This document shows, one piece after another, positions 9,267 to 18,585 of a stretch of DNA of 64,000 bases. The stretch is from NCBI GenBank assembly GCA_017617065.1, contig JAFZWP010000022.1:22931-86930 (forward strand). The letters run 5' to 3'. Position 1 is the stretch's first letter; each line of letters begins with the position of its first letter. The position numbers and the translations under genes are program-made. The DNA comes from Bacilli bacterium. Lineage in GTDB: Bacteria > Bacillota_I > Bacilli_A > ML615J-28 > CAG-698. A model generated the notes under the pieces. It saw nothing but the letters and a program-made list of their open reading frames with translations, ran no database searches and had not been told where the DNA came from.

Positions 9267-9712
9267 TTTTCTTCTCCAAATTTCTTAATTAATACTAAAG
9301 CATCTTCACCATTATCATAATATCTTTCTCTTTTATGAGAAAAGATAAATCCATGCTTTTTATATAACGCTTTAGCTATTTCATTAGATTCTCTTACTTC
9401 TAAACTTAAATTATTAACTTTAGATAATTCGCATAATCTAATAGCAAAATCTAACATCATTTCCCCAAAGCCAAGGCCTCTAAACTCACTATCTACATAG
9501 AAATTAATAATTTCCGAATTATCATTAATCCATAAGCCAATATAGCCGTGGACCTTTTTATCAATCTCTAAAACCATGTAATGAGCATAAGGATTAAAAG
9601 TTAAATCAGTATATATTAAATCATAACCTAGACTTGTACCAAATGCTTTAAATTCTCCTTCAATGACATCATTGATATCTTCAATTGTCATTTCTCTTAA
9701 GTTATATTTCAT
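9263..9712 (-). CDS. rimI: ribosomal-protein-alanine N-acetyltransferase (GNAT)
   Basis: 149-aa GNAT fold with the motif FRGLGFGEMML. It sits between tsaB and tsaD and overlaps tsaD by 4 nt. Confidence 0.8.
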   Translation of the reverse strand: MKYNLREMTIEDINDVIEGEFKAFGTSLGYDLIYTDLTFNPYAHYMVLEIDKKVHGYIGLWINDNSEIINFYVDSEFRGLGFGEMMLDFAIRLCELSKVNNLSLEVRESNEIAKALYKKHGFIFSHKRERYYDNGEDALVLIKKFGEEK

Positions 9713-10299
9713 TACATACCTTCTCTTAAATAATTAGGTTCTAATAGCTCAATTGATTCAACTCTTTTAATTACTTTTTCTACGTTTAATGCATCATAAC
9801 AAATATTATCGTTACTAATAAATACATCAATGTTTTGTTTACTGTTATGATCACTAGCATCATTTAGTTCTATAAATGTTTCATCTTCAATTACAAGATA
9901 TCCATCACTATTACATTTAATAATTTTATGATACACATAATCTTTTTTAGCTTTCATATCAATGGCAATAACTTTATCGCACTTGCCAATAAACTTAGTT
10001 GCCATTAAGTCTAAGCTAGATATAGTATATAAAGGCTTATTTAATGTCCAAGCGAACATCTTAGCTACTGTTAAGGCTACACGCAAGCCAGTATATGCTC
10101 CAGGCCCAATTCCACAAACAATCTTATCAAAGTCTTTAACTTCTAGGCCTGTTTGATTTAGGCCTTCTTCTATCTTTTTTAGTAGATTATCAGAATGATT
10201 ATTTTTACCAGGAACAATATATTCATAAATTACTTTATTATCATCTAGTAAGCTAATGATTAAATATTCACTTGATGTATCCATAATCATTGTTTTCAT
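9712..10299 (-). CDS. tsaB: tRNA threonylcarbamoyladenosine biosynthesis protein TsaB
   Basis: MDTSSEYLIISL... and GPGAYTGLRVALTVAKMFA are typical of TsaB. Its ends overlap both neighbouring genes. Confidence 0.85.
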   Translation of the reverse strand: MKTMIMDTSSEYLIISLLDDNKVIYEYIVPGKNNHSDNLLKKIEEGLNQTGLEVKDFDKIVCGIGPGAYTGLRVALTVAKMFAWTLNKPLYTISSLDLMATKFIGKCDKVIAIDMKAKKDYVYHKIIKCNSDGYLVIEDETFIELNDASDHNSKQNIDVFISNDNICYDALNVEKVIKRVESIELLEPNYLREGM

Positions 10300-10736
10300 A
10301 ATGCTTCTACCACCTTATCATAAGTTTTATCTTCCCACTCAAGCCATAACTGTCTTTTGTTATCATCTAATCTAGCAATATAAATATGTAGACATCCATT
10401 AGGAAGAAGGCTTTCAATATATCTTGACCACTCGATAACACTAACTCCACCCATCTCAAAATATTCTGAAAGTTCGAATTCAGAGTCATTAGTTCTATAT
10501 ACATCTAGATGATATAAAGTGAGTCTTCCTTCATATATTTTCATAATGACAAATGTCGGACTATTAACTACTTTAGTTATTCCTAGTCCTTTAGCGATAC
10601 CTTTAGTTAGGGTAGTCTTGCCAGCACCTAAATCACCATCAAGGGCAATTACCATATTGGCTTCTAGCACTTTTCCCATCGCCTCGCCTAAAGAAATCAT
10701 ATCATCAGCACTATTTATACATATTTCTTTTTTCAT
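10296..10736 (-). CDS. tsaE: tRNA t6A ATPase TsaE
   Basis: Walker A GDLGAGKTTLTKG followed by SPTF and HLDVYR motifs. Confidence 0.9.
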   Translation of the reverse strand: MKKEICINSADDMISLGEAMGKVLEANMVIALDGDLGAGKTTLTKGIAKGLGITKVVNSPTFVIMKIYEGRLTLYHLDVYRTNDSEFELSEYFEMGGVSVIEWSRYIESLLPNGCLHIYIARLDDNKRQLWLEWEDKTYDKVVEAL

Positions 10737-10760
10737 ATTTCACCTCTAAATAAACATTTT

Positions 10761-10808
10761 AAAAGGAACCAAAGTATAAATTTACTTGTAAATATTAACT
10801 TTAGTTCC
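10761..10808 (-). terminator. long-loop hairpin terminator after pgi
   Basis: 11-bp stem GGAACTAAAGT / ACTTTGGTTCC with one mismatch and a 22-nt loop, followed by TTTT on the minus strand. Confidence 0.5.
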
Positions 10809-10818
10809 AAATATTTAC

Positions 10819-12147
10819 TTAATCTAATTGTTTGGCTAACTCTTTTGCTAATTCTTCATAACCAGGCTTACCTAAAAGAGCAAACATATTCTTTTTATAT
10901 GCTTCTACACCTGGTTGGTTAAATGGATTAATACCTAAAATATAACCACTTATTCCGCAACTAATCATAAAGAAGTATAAAAGATATCCAAAGTTTTCTT
11001 CATCTAATTTGTCAATTGATATAACAATGTTAGGTACTCCTCCGCTAACATGAGCTAGCTTTGTGCCTAGTGTAGCCATATCCTTTACATAGTTGACATC
11101 TCTACCTTCTAAATAATTAAGTCCATCTAAGTTAGCATCATCGTGGTTAACTATTACATTCGCATCTGGATTAACAATATTAACAATTGTTTCAAACATT
11201 GTTCTAGTTCCTTCTTGGAAGAACTGACCGATTGAATGTAAGTCAGTAGAATAAACTACACTAGCTGGATATAATCCTTTGCCATCTTTGCCTTCAGACT
11301 CTCCATATAGTTGTTTCCACCATTCACTTAAATATTTAACTTTAGGTTCATATGTTACTAATGCTTCAATTACTTTACCTTTACGATATAAAACATTTCG
11401 AGCAGTTGCATATAAAACTGCTTGATTATTTAGTGAATCATCTTTTGTTAAATCATTATAAGCTAAATTAATACCTTTTAATAACGCTTTAATATCAATG
11501 CCGCTAGCAGCAATTGGAAGTAAGCCAACTGGAGTTAAGAACGAATATCTTCCCCCAATATCATCAGGAACGATAAATGTTTTATATCCTGCTTCATTAG
11601 CTTCTTGTCTTAGGGCGCCTCTTGCTTTATCAGTTGTAGCTACGATTCTAGATGCGTAGTTCTTACCATATTTTTTAATCAACAATTCTTTAAATAATCT
11701 AAATGCAATAGCCGGTTCAGTTGTTGTACCTGATTTAGAAATTACATTAATACAAAAATCTTTATCTTCTAAATAATCAAGAGTTTCTTTGATGTATGTA
11801 CTAGATAGACTATTACCTACAAATATAACTTCTAATTCACCATCTTTTTTATAATATGGCTTTAATGCACTAATTACAGCTTTTGCTCCTAAATAACTTC
11901 CACCAATTCCTATTACTACTAATACTTTAGCTTTACTAGCTAAATCGTTAGCAGTATTAACTATATCATTTATTTCAGCTTCAGTGTATTTTGAAGCGAA
12001 GTCAATCCAACCTAAAAAGTCATTACCTGCACCAGTCTTTTCCATTAATGTATGAAAAGCAGTTTTAGCAACTGGGGCTAAGGCTTTAATTTCTGAGTCC
12101 TTTACAAAATTATTAATGCATTTTAAATCTAATTTTAGTTTACTCAT
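10819..12147 (-). CDS. pgi: glucose-6-phosphate isomerase
   Basis: 442 aa with the motifs GIGGSYLGAKA, SKSGTTTEP and GINPFNQPGVE. Confidence 0.92.
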   Translation of the reverse strand: MSKLKLDLKCINNFVKDSEIKALAPVAKTAFHTLMEKTGAGNDFLGWIDFASKYTEAEINDIVNTANDLASKAKVLVVIGIGGSYLGAKAVISALKPYYKKDGELEVIFVGNSLSSTYIKETLDYLEDKDFCINVISKSGTTTEPAIAFRLFKELLIKKYGKNYASRIVATTDKARGALRQEANEAGYKTFIVPDDIGGRYSFLTPVGLLPIAASGIDIKALLKGINLAYNDLTKDDSLNNQAVLYATARNVLYRKGKVIEALVTYEPKVKYLSEWWKQLYGESEGKDGKGLYPASVVYSTDLHSIGQFFQEGTRTMFETIVNIVNPDANVIVNHDDANLDGLNYLEGRDVNYVKDMATLGTKLAHVSGGVPNIVISIDKLDEENFGYLLYFFMISCGISGYILGINPFNQPGVEAYKKNMFALLGKPGYEELAKELAKQLD

Positions 12148-12478
12148 TTGTTTCTCCCTTTAGTTGATCTTGAATAAATTGAGGTAAATGATCTCTTAAT
12201 GTTTTAAAACCAAGTTGGTAATGAGGAATATCACCTTTTACCCCACGAGTCTTATTTAAAGACTTATAGCTTAGTTTTAAACGTTTGTTTTCTTCTTCCA
12301 CTTCTACAACTCTTAGTTTAACTTTTTCTCCGACCTTTACAAAGTCAGATATACTTCTAACATATCCATCACTAAATTCCGAAATATGGATTAGCCCGTT
12401 GTAGTCATCAACTACTACGAATGCGCCATATCCAACAATCTTAGTTATAATACCGTATACGATATCTCCCGTTTTCAT
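12140..12478 (-). CDS. S1 RNA-binding domain protein (YugI / general stress protein 13-like)
   Basis: GDIVYGIITKIVGYGAFVVVDDYNGLIHISEF is an S1 OB-fold signature. The gene overlaps pgi by 8 nt, and the same neighbourhood is known from Bacillus. Confidence 0.8.
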   Translation of the reverse strand: MKTGDIVYGIITKIVGYGAFVVVDDYNGLIHISEFSDGYVRSISDFVKVGEKVKLRVVEVEEENKRLKLSYKSLNKTRGVKGDIPHYQLGFKTLRDHLPQFIQDQLKGETNE

Positions 12479-12723
12479 TATTCTTCCACCGCTACTGTTT
12501 CAACCGCAATAACGCCAGGAACTTCTTCTAATAGAATCGCTTCAATCCCGTCTTGAATAGTTAAGTCAATACTAGTACAGCCTACGCATGCCCCAAGCAT
12601 TTTAACGTAAACTATGCCATCTTCAAACTTAACAAATTCTACATCCCCACCGTCATGTTGAAGATAGGGGCGGACTTTATTAAGGATAAGCTTTACTTTC
12701 TTTTCAATTTCTTCGTTTTTCAT
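12478..12723 (-). CDS. NifU-like (Nfu C-terminal domain) Fe-S cluster protein
   Basis: RPYLQHDGGDVEFVKFEDGIVYVKMLGACVGCTS carries the CxxC motif. I moved the start to the internal ATG at 12723 because the track's TTG start at 12762 lies inside a TATAAT box. Confidence 0.8.
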   Translation of the reverse strand: MKNEEIEKKVKLILNKVRPYLQHDGGDVEFVKFEDGIVYVKMLGACVGCTSIDLTIQDGIEAILLEEVPGVIAVETVAVEE

Positions 12724-12789
12724 TAGTTTTTTACAGCCTCTCTTAAATAGATTATACACCAATTATATGCTGATTACTACACAAAAAAA

Positions 12790-12825
12790 CTACTAAATAA
12801 AAGCAGTGTATTTTTACACTGCTTT
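12790..12825 (-). terminator. intrinsic terminator after the FAD-protein gene
   Basis: 10-bp stem AAGCAGTGTA / TACACTGCTT with a 5-nt loop, followed by TTATTT...TTTTTTT on the minus strand. Confidence 0.7.
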
Positions 12826-12832
12826 ATATTAT

Positions 12833-14245
12833 TTATTTAGAAATAATAGCTCTGGCAATTTTAACGCCATTTGCTCCAGCTTGGGCTAAGCCTCTTGTAA
12901 TTCCAGCACCATCGCCACCAAGGTATAAATTCTTAATTTGAATAGTTTCAAAATTAGAATCAACTTCTGGTCTATCTGAATAGAATTTTGCTTCTACACC
13001 ATAGAACAATGTATGATCATTAGCAATACCTGGAGTAACATGTTCTAATGCTTGAATCATTTCAATTAATGATTTCATTGTGTTGTAAGGTAATATTAAA
13101 CCTAAATCGCCTGCAACAGCTTCTTTTAAGGTAGGCTTTACAAAACCTTCCGCGATACGTTTTTCAGTGCTTCTTCTACCTTTAATGATATCACCATATT
13201 TTTGAACGATTACGCTTCCACCTGATAACTTATTAGCAAGGTGAGCAATTTGACGAGCATATTCATTTGGATCTTTAAATGGGGAATCAAATGTATGTGA
13301 AACTAGTAGAGCAAAGTTAGTATTTTTACTACCTAGCTTTGGATCATGATATGAATGTCCATTGCATACCATTATACCATCCCAGTTTTCAATAACGACA
13401 TGGCCACTTGGGTTAGAACAAAATGTTCTTACCTGTGTACCAACGCTAGTATTATAAATGAATTTACCTTCATATAAACTATCGTTAATTGCATCCATGA
13501 TAATATCATTAGTTTCAACTCTAACACCAATATCTACATGGTTGTTAGTGAACTTAACACCATATTTAGATAACGTATCACCTAGCCACTTAGAGCCGCC
13601 TCTTCCAACACCTAAAGCAATATTATCGGCATAGATTACTTCATCATTATCTAGAATTACACCAATAGCTTTATTATCTTCTACTAAGACATCCTTAACA
13701 TTAGTTTCAAACATACAATCAATGTGTTCTTTTAACGTCTTATTGATATCAGTTAAGATGCTTAAGTTTACTTCAGTTCCTAAATGTCTTACTTCACTTC
13801 TAAGTAATTTTAAACCGGCTGCGATTGCTTTCTTTTCAATATCATATACTTCTTTAGTGTTAGGATTAGTAATTTCTTTTGGTGCACCATGTTTTAGATT
13901 AATCTCATCAACATATTTAATTAATTCTAATACTTCATCAGTATCAAGGTATTCATCCATCCATCCACCGAATTCACTAGTGATGTTGAACTTACCATCA
14001 GAATATGCACCACTTCCACCAAATCCACATGTCATTGAGCAAGCAGGTTTACAACCGCTATGTCCTCTTTTATCAACTGGACATTGCTTAACTTTACCAG
14101 CTAGGATTGGGCAATTTCTTTTACCAATATCACGTCCACGATCAATCAATAATACTTTTTTCTCAGGGGCTTTAAGCATTAGCTCATAAGCCATATAGAT
14201 ACCCATTGGACCAGCGCCAACAATAATTACATCATATTTATTCAT
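12833..14245 (-). CDS. FAD-dependent oxidoreductase (COG2509-type, uncharacterised)
   Basis: Rossmann motif YDVIIVGAGPMGIYMA, with C-terminal GGDGAGITRG. The start is set at the ATG at 14245, which is preceded by GGAGG. Confidence 0.7.
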   Translation of the reverse strand: MNKYDVIIVGAGPMGIYMAYELMLKAPEKKVLLIDRGRDIGKRNCPILAGKVKQCPVDKRGHSGCKPACSMTCGFGGSGAYSDGKFNITSEFGGWMDEYLDTDEVLELIKYVDEINLKHGAPKEITNPNTKEVYDIEKKAIAAGLKLLRSEVRHLGTEVNLSILTDINKTLKEHIDCMFETNVKDVLVEDNKAIGVILDNDEVIYADNIALGVGRGGSKWLGDTLSKYGVKFTNNHVDIGVRVETNDIIMDAINDSLYEGKFIYNTSVGTQVRTFCSNPSGHVVIENWDGIMVCNGHSYHDPKLGSKNTNFALLVSHTFDSPFKDPNEYARQIAHLANKLSGGSVIVQKYGDIIKGRRSTEKRIAEGFVKPTLKEAVAGDLGLILPYNTMKSLIEMIQALEHVTPGIANDHTLFYGVEAKFYSDRPEVDSNFETIQIKNLYLGGDGAGITRGLAQAGANGVKIARAIISK

Positions 14246-14307
14246 ATATACCTCCATAATGTTTTTAGAATAGAAAAATGCACCCGGTTAAAGGCGCATT
14301 TAGCTTA

Positions 14308-15048
14308 CTATTCTTCAGCTTCTTCTTCTAGTTCTACATTATGATAGATATCTTGAACATCATCAATTTCATTTAATGCATCTATAACTCGGTGTAATTG
14401 GTTAACATGTTTTTCATCTGCAAATTTAATATAAGTTTGAGGAATCCATGTTACATGGTCTTCTAAGAAATTAATGTCAGGTTTTGCATCTGTTAAAGCA
14501 TCTCTTGCTTTAGAATAATCAGTGTTAGGTGCACAAATTGTAACAACACCATCTTCATCTGTTTCATATTCTTGAACATCTACGTCAGCCATTAATAAAG
14601 TTTCTAATGCTTCATCTTCACTTAAGTTATCGAATGCTAATACTGCATAGTTATGGAATTGATAACTGGCACTACCAGCAACACCTAAGTTGAAACCGCA
14701 TCTAGAAAGTGCAGTACGAACTGACACTAATGTACGATTAGTATTATCTGTTAAGCATTCAACAATAATCATTGATCCTTCTGGACCAAATCCTTCATAT
14801 CTAATGCTTTCATAGTTTTCACCAGTACCGCCTTTAGCTTTTTCAATAGCTTTCTTGATACATTCCGCAGTAACTTGTTCTTTCTTTGCTCTTTCAATTT
14901 CTTTCTTAAGTGCTTGGTTAACGCTAGGATCAGGTAGTCCACTCTTTGCAGCCATATAGATTAATTTTGACCATTTTGCATTTAATTTACTTTTAGCAGC
15001 AGCGGTTTTAGCCATTGATGCTGCACGAACTTCATGTGCTCTTCCCAT
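14308..15048 (-). CDS. YebC/PmpR family transcriptional regulator
   Basis: 246 aa. The N-terminus GRAHEVRAASMAKTAAAKSKL and the three-domain length are typical of the YebC/TACO1 family. Confidence 0.85.
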   Translation of the reverse strand: MGRAHEVRAASMAKTAAAKSKLNAKWSKLIYMAAKSGLPDPSVNQALKKEIERAKKEQVTAECIKKAIEKAKGGTGENYESIRYEGFGPEGSMIIVECLTDNTNRTLVSVRTALSRCGFNLGVAGSASYQFHNYAVLAFDNLSEDEALETLLMADVDVQEYETDEDGVVTICAPNTDYSKARDALTDAKPDINFLEDHVTWIPQTYIKFADEKHVNQLHRVIDALNEIDDVQDIYHNVELEEEAEE

Positions 15049-15130
15049 AATTTAACCTTCCTTTATTTGTTTTATTACCTAACCATTATACCACTTGATA
15101 GGGTATTTGTAAAATGATTTAAATACTTTT

Positions 15131-15162
15131 TATATAAATAAAGCTAACCAAATGGTTAGCTT
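15131..15162 (-). terminator. terminator hairpin AAGCTAACCAAATGGTTAGCTT (copy 1 of 2)
   Basis: Perfect 9-bp stem with a 4-nt loop immediately 3' of the lipoprotein gene. An identical 22-mer occurs at 60265-60286. Confidence 0.75.
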
Positions 15163-15168
15163 CATAAT

Positions 15169-16224
15169 TTATTGTAGATTATTTTCCATCATTGCATTTA
15201 GATAAACAGCTTCGTTTACGCTATCCCATGTAAGGCCAATCCAAGCATTATCATTAGTGTAATTATAATTAGTATACTCACCTTCTACCTCTGGTCCAGT
15301 GCATGTCCAACTTGATAATGATAAATCTAGATATGCTTTTAATGCTGCAAAAGTATCATAACCTAATTCTTCACCACCGATAATATCAAAGCAATAACTT
15401 GTAGCACCTTCTGAATATGGATAATCATCTACTTCTAATCCTTCTAATTCAGGAAGTAAGATGCCAGTTACTTTTTGGAATTCTCCTCTTGCTTTAGCAT
15501 ATGATTCACTCATATTATTATCGCTAGTTGGTTCAGGAAGTGTTGGAGCAACAACTGCAGAACCAGTTTTGAATTCAGTTACTTCATAATTGAAGCTTGA
15601 AGACTCGCCATCTACTGTAGCTTTAAATTCAACTTTCATTGTAATCCCAGTTTCTTTATCTACATATACTTTATATCCGAAATCAGAAAGACCAGCAAGT
15701 TTTCCAATTGCTCCACCAAGTCCTAAATTCAAATCATAAGTATAACAATTTCTACCAGCAACTTTGGCATCTGCACCTTTCTTGAATTGTCCATTATATG
15801 CATTTGCCCAATATAACCAACTAGTAGATGCTATTTTATAACTACTAATATATGATTCACCTTGTTCTTTTTGAACAGTTGATTCATATTTATAACCATC
15901 TTCATTATTATATGAATAATAATGAACACTTGCCTCTTCTTCTAAAAGAGCAGCTCCTTCACCATCTGTTAACATCCATACAACATTACCCTTAGCACCA
16001 ATTGTAAATGTGCCACTATCACCTTCATCATCACTATAGTGGAAAGTAATTAAATAACCATCGCTTTCCATCTTTTCTAATTTTTCTTGTGATTGTTCTT
16101 GTGTCATTTCTAAGCTATCATTAGCTTCATCATCGCCACCATTAATAGCATTGTTGATTGAATCACAGCCAACAAGCGCTAATGCAAATAAACATAACAA
16201 TAAAAAACTTAATATTTTCTTCAT
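15169..16224 (-). CDS. lipoprotein, function unknown
   Basis: Signal peptide and lipobox MKKILSFLLLCLFALALVGC. The start is set at the ATG preceded by GAGAGGAAAAGA. Confidence 0.7.
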   Translation of the reverse strand: MKKILSFLLLCLFALALVGCDSINNAINGGDDEANDSLEMTQEQSQEKLEKMESDGYLITFHYSDDEGDSGTFTIGAKGNVVWMLTDGEGAALLEEEASVHYYSYNNEDGYKYESTVQKEQGESYISSYKIASTSWLYWANAYNGQFKKGADAKVAGRNCYTYDLNLGLGGAIGKLAGLSDFGYKVYVDKETGITMKVEFKATVDGESSSFNYEVTEFKTGSAVVAPTLPEPTSDNNMSESYAKARGEFQKVTGILLPELEGLEVDDYPYSEGATSYCFDIIGGEELGYDTFAALKAYLDLSLSSWTCTGPEVEGEYTNYNYTNDNAWIGLTWDSVNEAVYLNAMMENNLQ

Positions 16225-16346
16225 TCTTTTCCTCTCTTTGCAATATATGTTTACTATAGAATTATAACACACATATTTAATACTTTCTATTTTTTATTTA
16301 TAAAAAAAATATCATACATTTGTACTAATACAATTTTCTGATTTTT

Positions 16347-16375
16347 TTGAATAAAATAAATAGTTATGTTATAAT
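16347..16375 (+). promoter_or_regulatory. promoter TTGAAT-17nt-TATAAT for ktrBA
   Basis: Read directly on the plus strand. It lies 26 nt upstream of the ktrB ATG and its AAGAGGTGA RBS. Confidence 0.55.
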
Positions 16376-16400
16376 TAAATAGATAGAAAGAGGTGATGAA

Positions 16401-17762
16401 ATGGGTTTAACACGCCGTAAAAATATACCTGTGGTAAGCTTGCTTTCACTAGGCTATTTCACCACTATATTAATAGCAACAATTTTACTATTGTTACCAG
16501 CTGCAAGCCGTGAAGGGCATACTAGTATTATAGATGCTATCTTAACAGCAACCAGTGCAACTTGTGTAACTGGTTTAATTGCTTTTGATACAGCAGCACA
16601 TTGGACACTGTTTGGTCAAATAGTCATAATGATAGCCATCCAAATTGGTGGTTTAGGCTTCATGACAATCATCACTTTACTATTTATGTTAGTAAAGAAA
16701 AACATAGGTTTATATAATCGTACTGTCATAATGCAATCAGCTGGATCATATAATATATCTGGTACAACTAAACTAATTAGAAGAATTGTCTTAGGTACAC
16801 TTGTATTTGAAGGAATTGGAGCTTTATTAATCTATTTAAGTATTAAAGATAGTCATCCAGATAAAACTTGGTACTATGCAATATTCCATTCAATATCTGC
16901 ATTTTGTAATGCCGGATTTGATGTATTTGGTGGAGCAAATGGAGTAACCGATCCAGTATCACTAGTCAACTTCTCTTCTAATTATGGTTTATTATTTACC
17001 TTAATGGGATTAATTATAATTGGTGGATCAGGATTTATCGTTTGGAGTGATGTGATTGATTCAAGATTTAAATGGAGTAAATTTCAAGTACATACAAAGA
17101 TTGTAATTGTAGCTAATGGTATATTGATTTTAATACCAGCGATATTATTCTTTGTTTTTGAATTTACAAGAGTTGGAACTAATGCGGCATTCGCAAATAT
17201 GCCACTTTTAGATAAGATAGTAAATGCGTTGTTTATGTCGGTAACCCCAAGAACTGCAGGTTTTAATAGTGTAGATTTAAATTCTATGACCGCTAGTGGC
17301 CAGCTTCTAACTACAGTATTAATGTTAATTGGCGGTAATTCTGGTTCTACTGCCGGTGGTGTTAAAGTAACAACAATTGTTATAATATTTGCCACTTTAA
17401 TTTCATCTGCCCGTGGACAAGAAAACGTAGTAATGTTTAAACGTCGAATAAATGAAAAATTAATCAAGCAGTCTTTATCACTTTTAGTTGCATATTTATC
17501 AATAATTATGGTCGCTACATTAATCATCGGTTCTTATGAAAACTACACGTTAATGGAAATACTATTTGAAGTAGTATCTGCTATTGGAACTGTAGGATTA
17601 TCACTTGGTGTCACAGGCACTTGCACTGTAGCCACAAAAATCATAATTATTGTATTAATGTATATAGGACGACTTGGAGCTCTAACCTTATTTGATTTAC
17701 TTCTAAAAGATAGAAATGATACGATTGTAGAAAAAGCTGAAGGAAAGGTATTGGTAGGATAA
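16401..17762 (+). CDS. ktrB: TrkH/KtrB-family K+ transporter membrane subunit
   Basis: 453-aa polytopic protein with selectivity-filter-like repeats (GGLGFMT, TPRTAGFNS, GGNSGSTAGGVKVTT). Confidence 0.9.
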   Translation: MGLTRRKNIPVVSLLSLGYFTTILIATILLLLPAASREGHTSIIDAILTATSATCVTGLIAFDTAAHWTLFGQIVIMIAIQIGGLGFMTIITLLFMLVKKNIGLYNRTVIMQSAGSYNISGTTKLIRRIVLGTLVFEGIGALLIYLSIKDSHPDKTWYYAIFHSISAFCNAGFDVFGGANGVTDPVSLVNFSSNYGLLFTLMGLIIIGGSGFIVWSDVIDSRFKWSKFQVHTKIVIVANGILILIPAILFFVFEFTRVGTNAAFANMPLLDKIVNALFMSVTPRTAGFNSVDLNSMTASGQLLTTVLMLIGGNSGSTAGGVKVTTIVIIFATLISSARGQENVVMFKRRINEKLIKQSLSLLVAYLSIIMVATLIIGSYENYTLMEILFEVVSAIGTVGLSLGVTGTCTVATKIIIIVLMYIGRLGALTLFDLLLKDRNDTIVEKAEGKVLVG

Positions 17763-18403
17763 TGAAAACTATATTAATTATTGGTATGGGCGAATTTGGT
17801 AAACACTTAGCATATCGCCTACAAGATTTAAAAGCTGATGTATGCGTAGTAGATACAGACAAAGAATTAATCAATGTTTTATCAGAAGATTTTGAAAACG
17901 CATATGTAGCAGATTGTACTAAAGATGCTGCGCTAAAAGATTTAGGCGTTAAAACATTTGATGTATGTGTTGTATCAGTTGGTAGTGACTTACAAACTTC
18001 ACTTGAAATTACATCAAAACTTAAATTAATGGGTGCTAAATACATCATTGCAAAGGCAACTAATACACTTCAATCAAAGTTCTTAATTATGGCTGGAGCT
18101 AATGAATCAATTTATCCAGAAAAAGATATAGCTTCAAAAGTTGCCCAAATGTGCATTGCAGATAATGTATTGGATGCATTTGTAATTTCTGATGAGTATA
18201 GCGTATTTGAAATGAAAGTACGTAGTGAATGGGTAGGTAAACCTCTAAAAGAATCTAACATTAGATCAAAGTACAACTTAAATGTTATGGCAGTTAGAGG
18301 AGATAACGGAATTATTGTTCCTGATCCAGATTATGTATTTGCTGAAGAAGATAGCGTATTCTTATTTGGTAAATCAGCAGTACTAAAGAAATTATCAAAA
18401 TAA
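17762..18403 (+). CDS. ktrA: K+ uptake regulatory subunit (TrkA-N/TrkA-C, KtrA-like)
   Basis: Rossmann motif IIGMGEFGKHLA with a C-terminal RCK_C-like part. A TAATG stop/start overlap links it to ktrB. Confidence 0.85.
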   Translation: MKTILIIGMGEFGKHLAYRLQDLKADVCVVDTDKELINVLSEDFENAYVADCTKDAALKDLGVKTFDVCVVSVGSDLQTSLEITSKLKLMGAKYIIAKATNTLQSKFLIMAGANESIYPEKDIASKVAQMCIADNVLDAFVISDEYSVFEMKVRSEWVGKPLKESNIRSKYNLNVMAVRGDNGIIVPDPDYVFAEEDSVFLFGKSAVLKKLSK

Positions 18404-18412
18404 TATAAAATA

Positions 18413-18446
18413 AAAGTCCATTTCAAATAGAAATGGACTTATTTAA
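18413..18446 (+). terminator. terminator after ktrA
   Basis: 10-bp stem AAGTCCATTT / AAATGGACTT with an 8-nt loop (18423-18430). Confidence 0.6.
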
Positions 18447-18451
18447 TACAA

Positions 18452-18528
18452 TGGTCGGAATAATGAGATTCGAACTCATGACCTCTAACTCCCGAAGCTA
18501 GCGTTCTACCAAGCTGAACTATATTCCG
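18452..18528 (-). tRNA. tRNA-Pro (anticodon CGG), CCA encoded
   Basis: Hand-folded cloverleaf: CGGAATA-TA-GTTC-AGCTTGGTA-GAAC-G-CTAGC-TTCGGGA-GTTAG-AGGTC-ATGAG-TTCGAAT-CTCAT-TATTCCG-A-CCA. C1:G72, A73 and G37 fit bacterial tRNA-Pro. Confidence 0.9.
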
Positions 18529-18539
18529 ATTTCTTATTC

Positions 18540-18548
18540 ATTATAACA
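18540..18548 (-). promoter_or_regulatory. extended -10 (TGTTATAAT) for the tRNA-Pro gene
   Basis: The minus strand reads TATGTTATAATGAATAAGAAAT directly before the tRNA 5' end. Confidence 0.45.
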
Positions 18549-18583
18549 TATAAAAGCAACTAGTATAATTACTAGTTGCTTTT
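18548..18583 (-). terminator. terminator after the xpt...guaA-GNAT operon
   Basis: Stem GCAACTAGTA / TACTAGTTGC with a 4-nt loop, followed by TTTTAT on the minus strand. Confidence 0.75.
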
Positions 18584-18585
18584 AT

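Noticed and set aside
13722-14189. 155-aa plus-strand ORF.
   Set aside because: It lies entirely antisense within the FAD-oxidoreductase gene, which has strong motif support. It has no start context.
16273-16400. c-di-AMP (ydaO/kimA-type) riboswitch upstream of ktrBA.
   Set aside because: Only about 26 nt separate the predicted -10 box from the ATG, which leaves no room for a structured leader.
17084-18048. Minus-strand ORFs 17084-17527 and 17647-18048.
   Set aside because: They are antisense to ktrB and ktrA, whose motifs and stop/start coupling are convincing.
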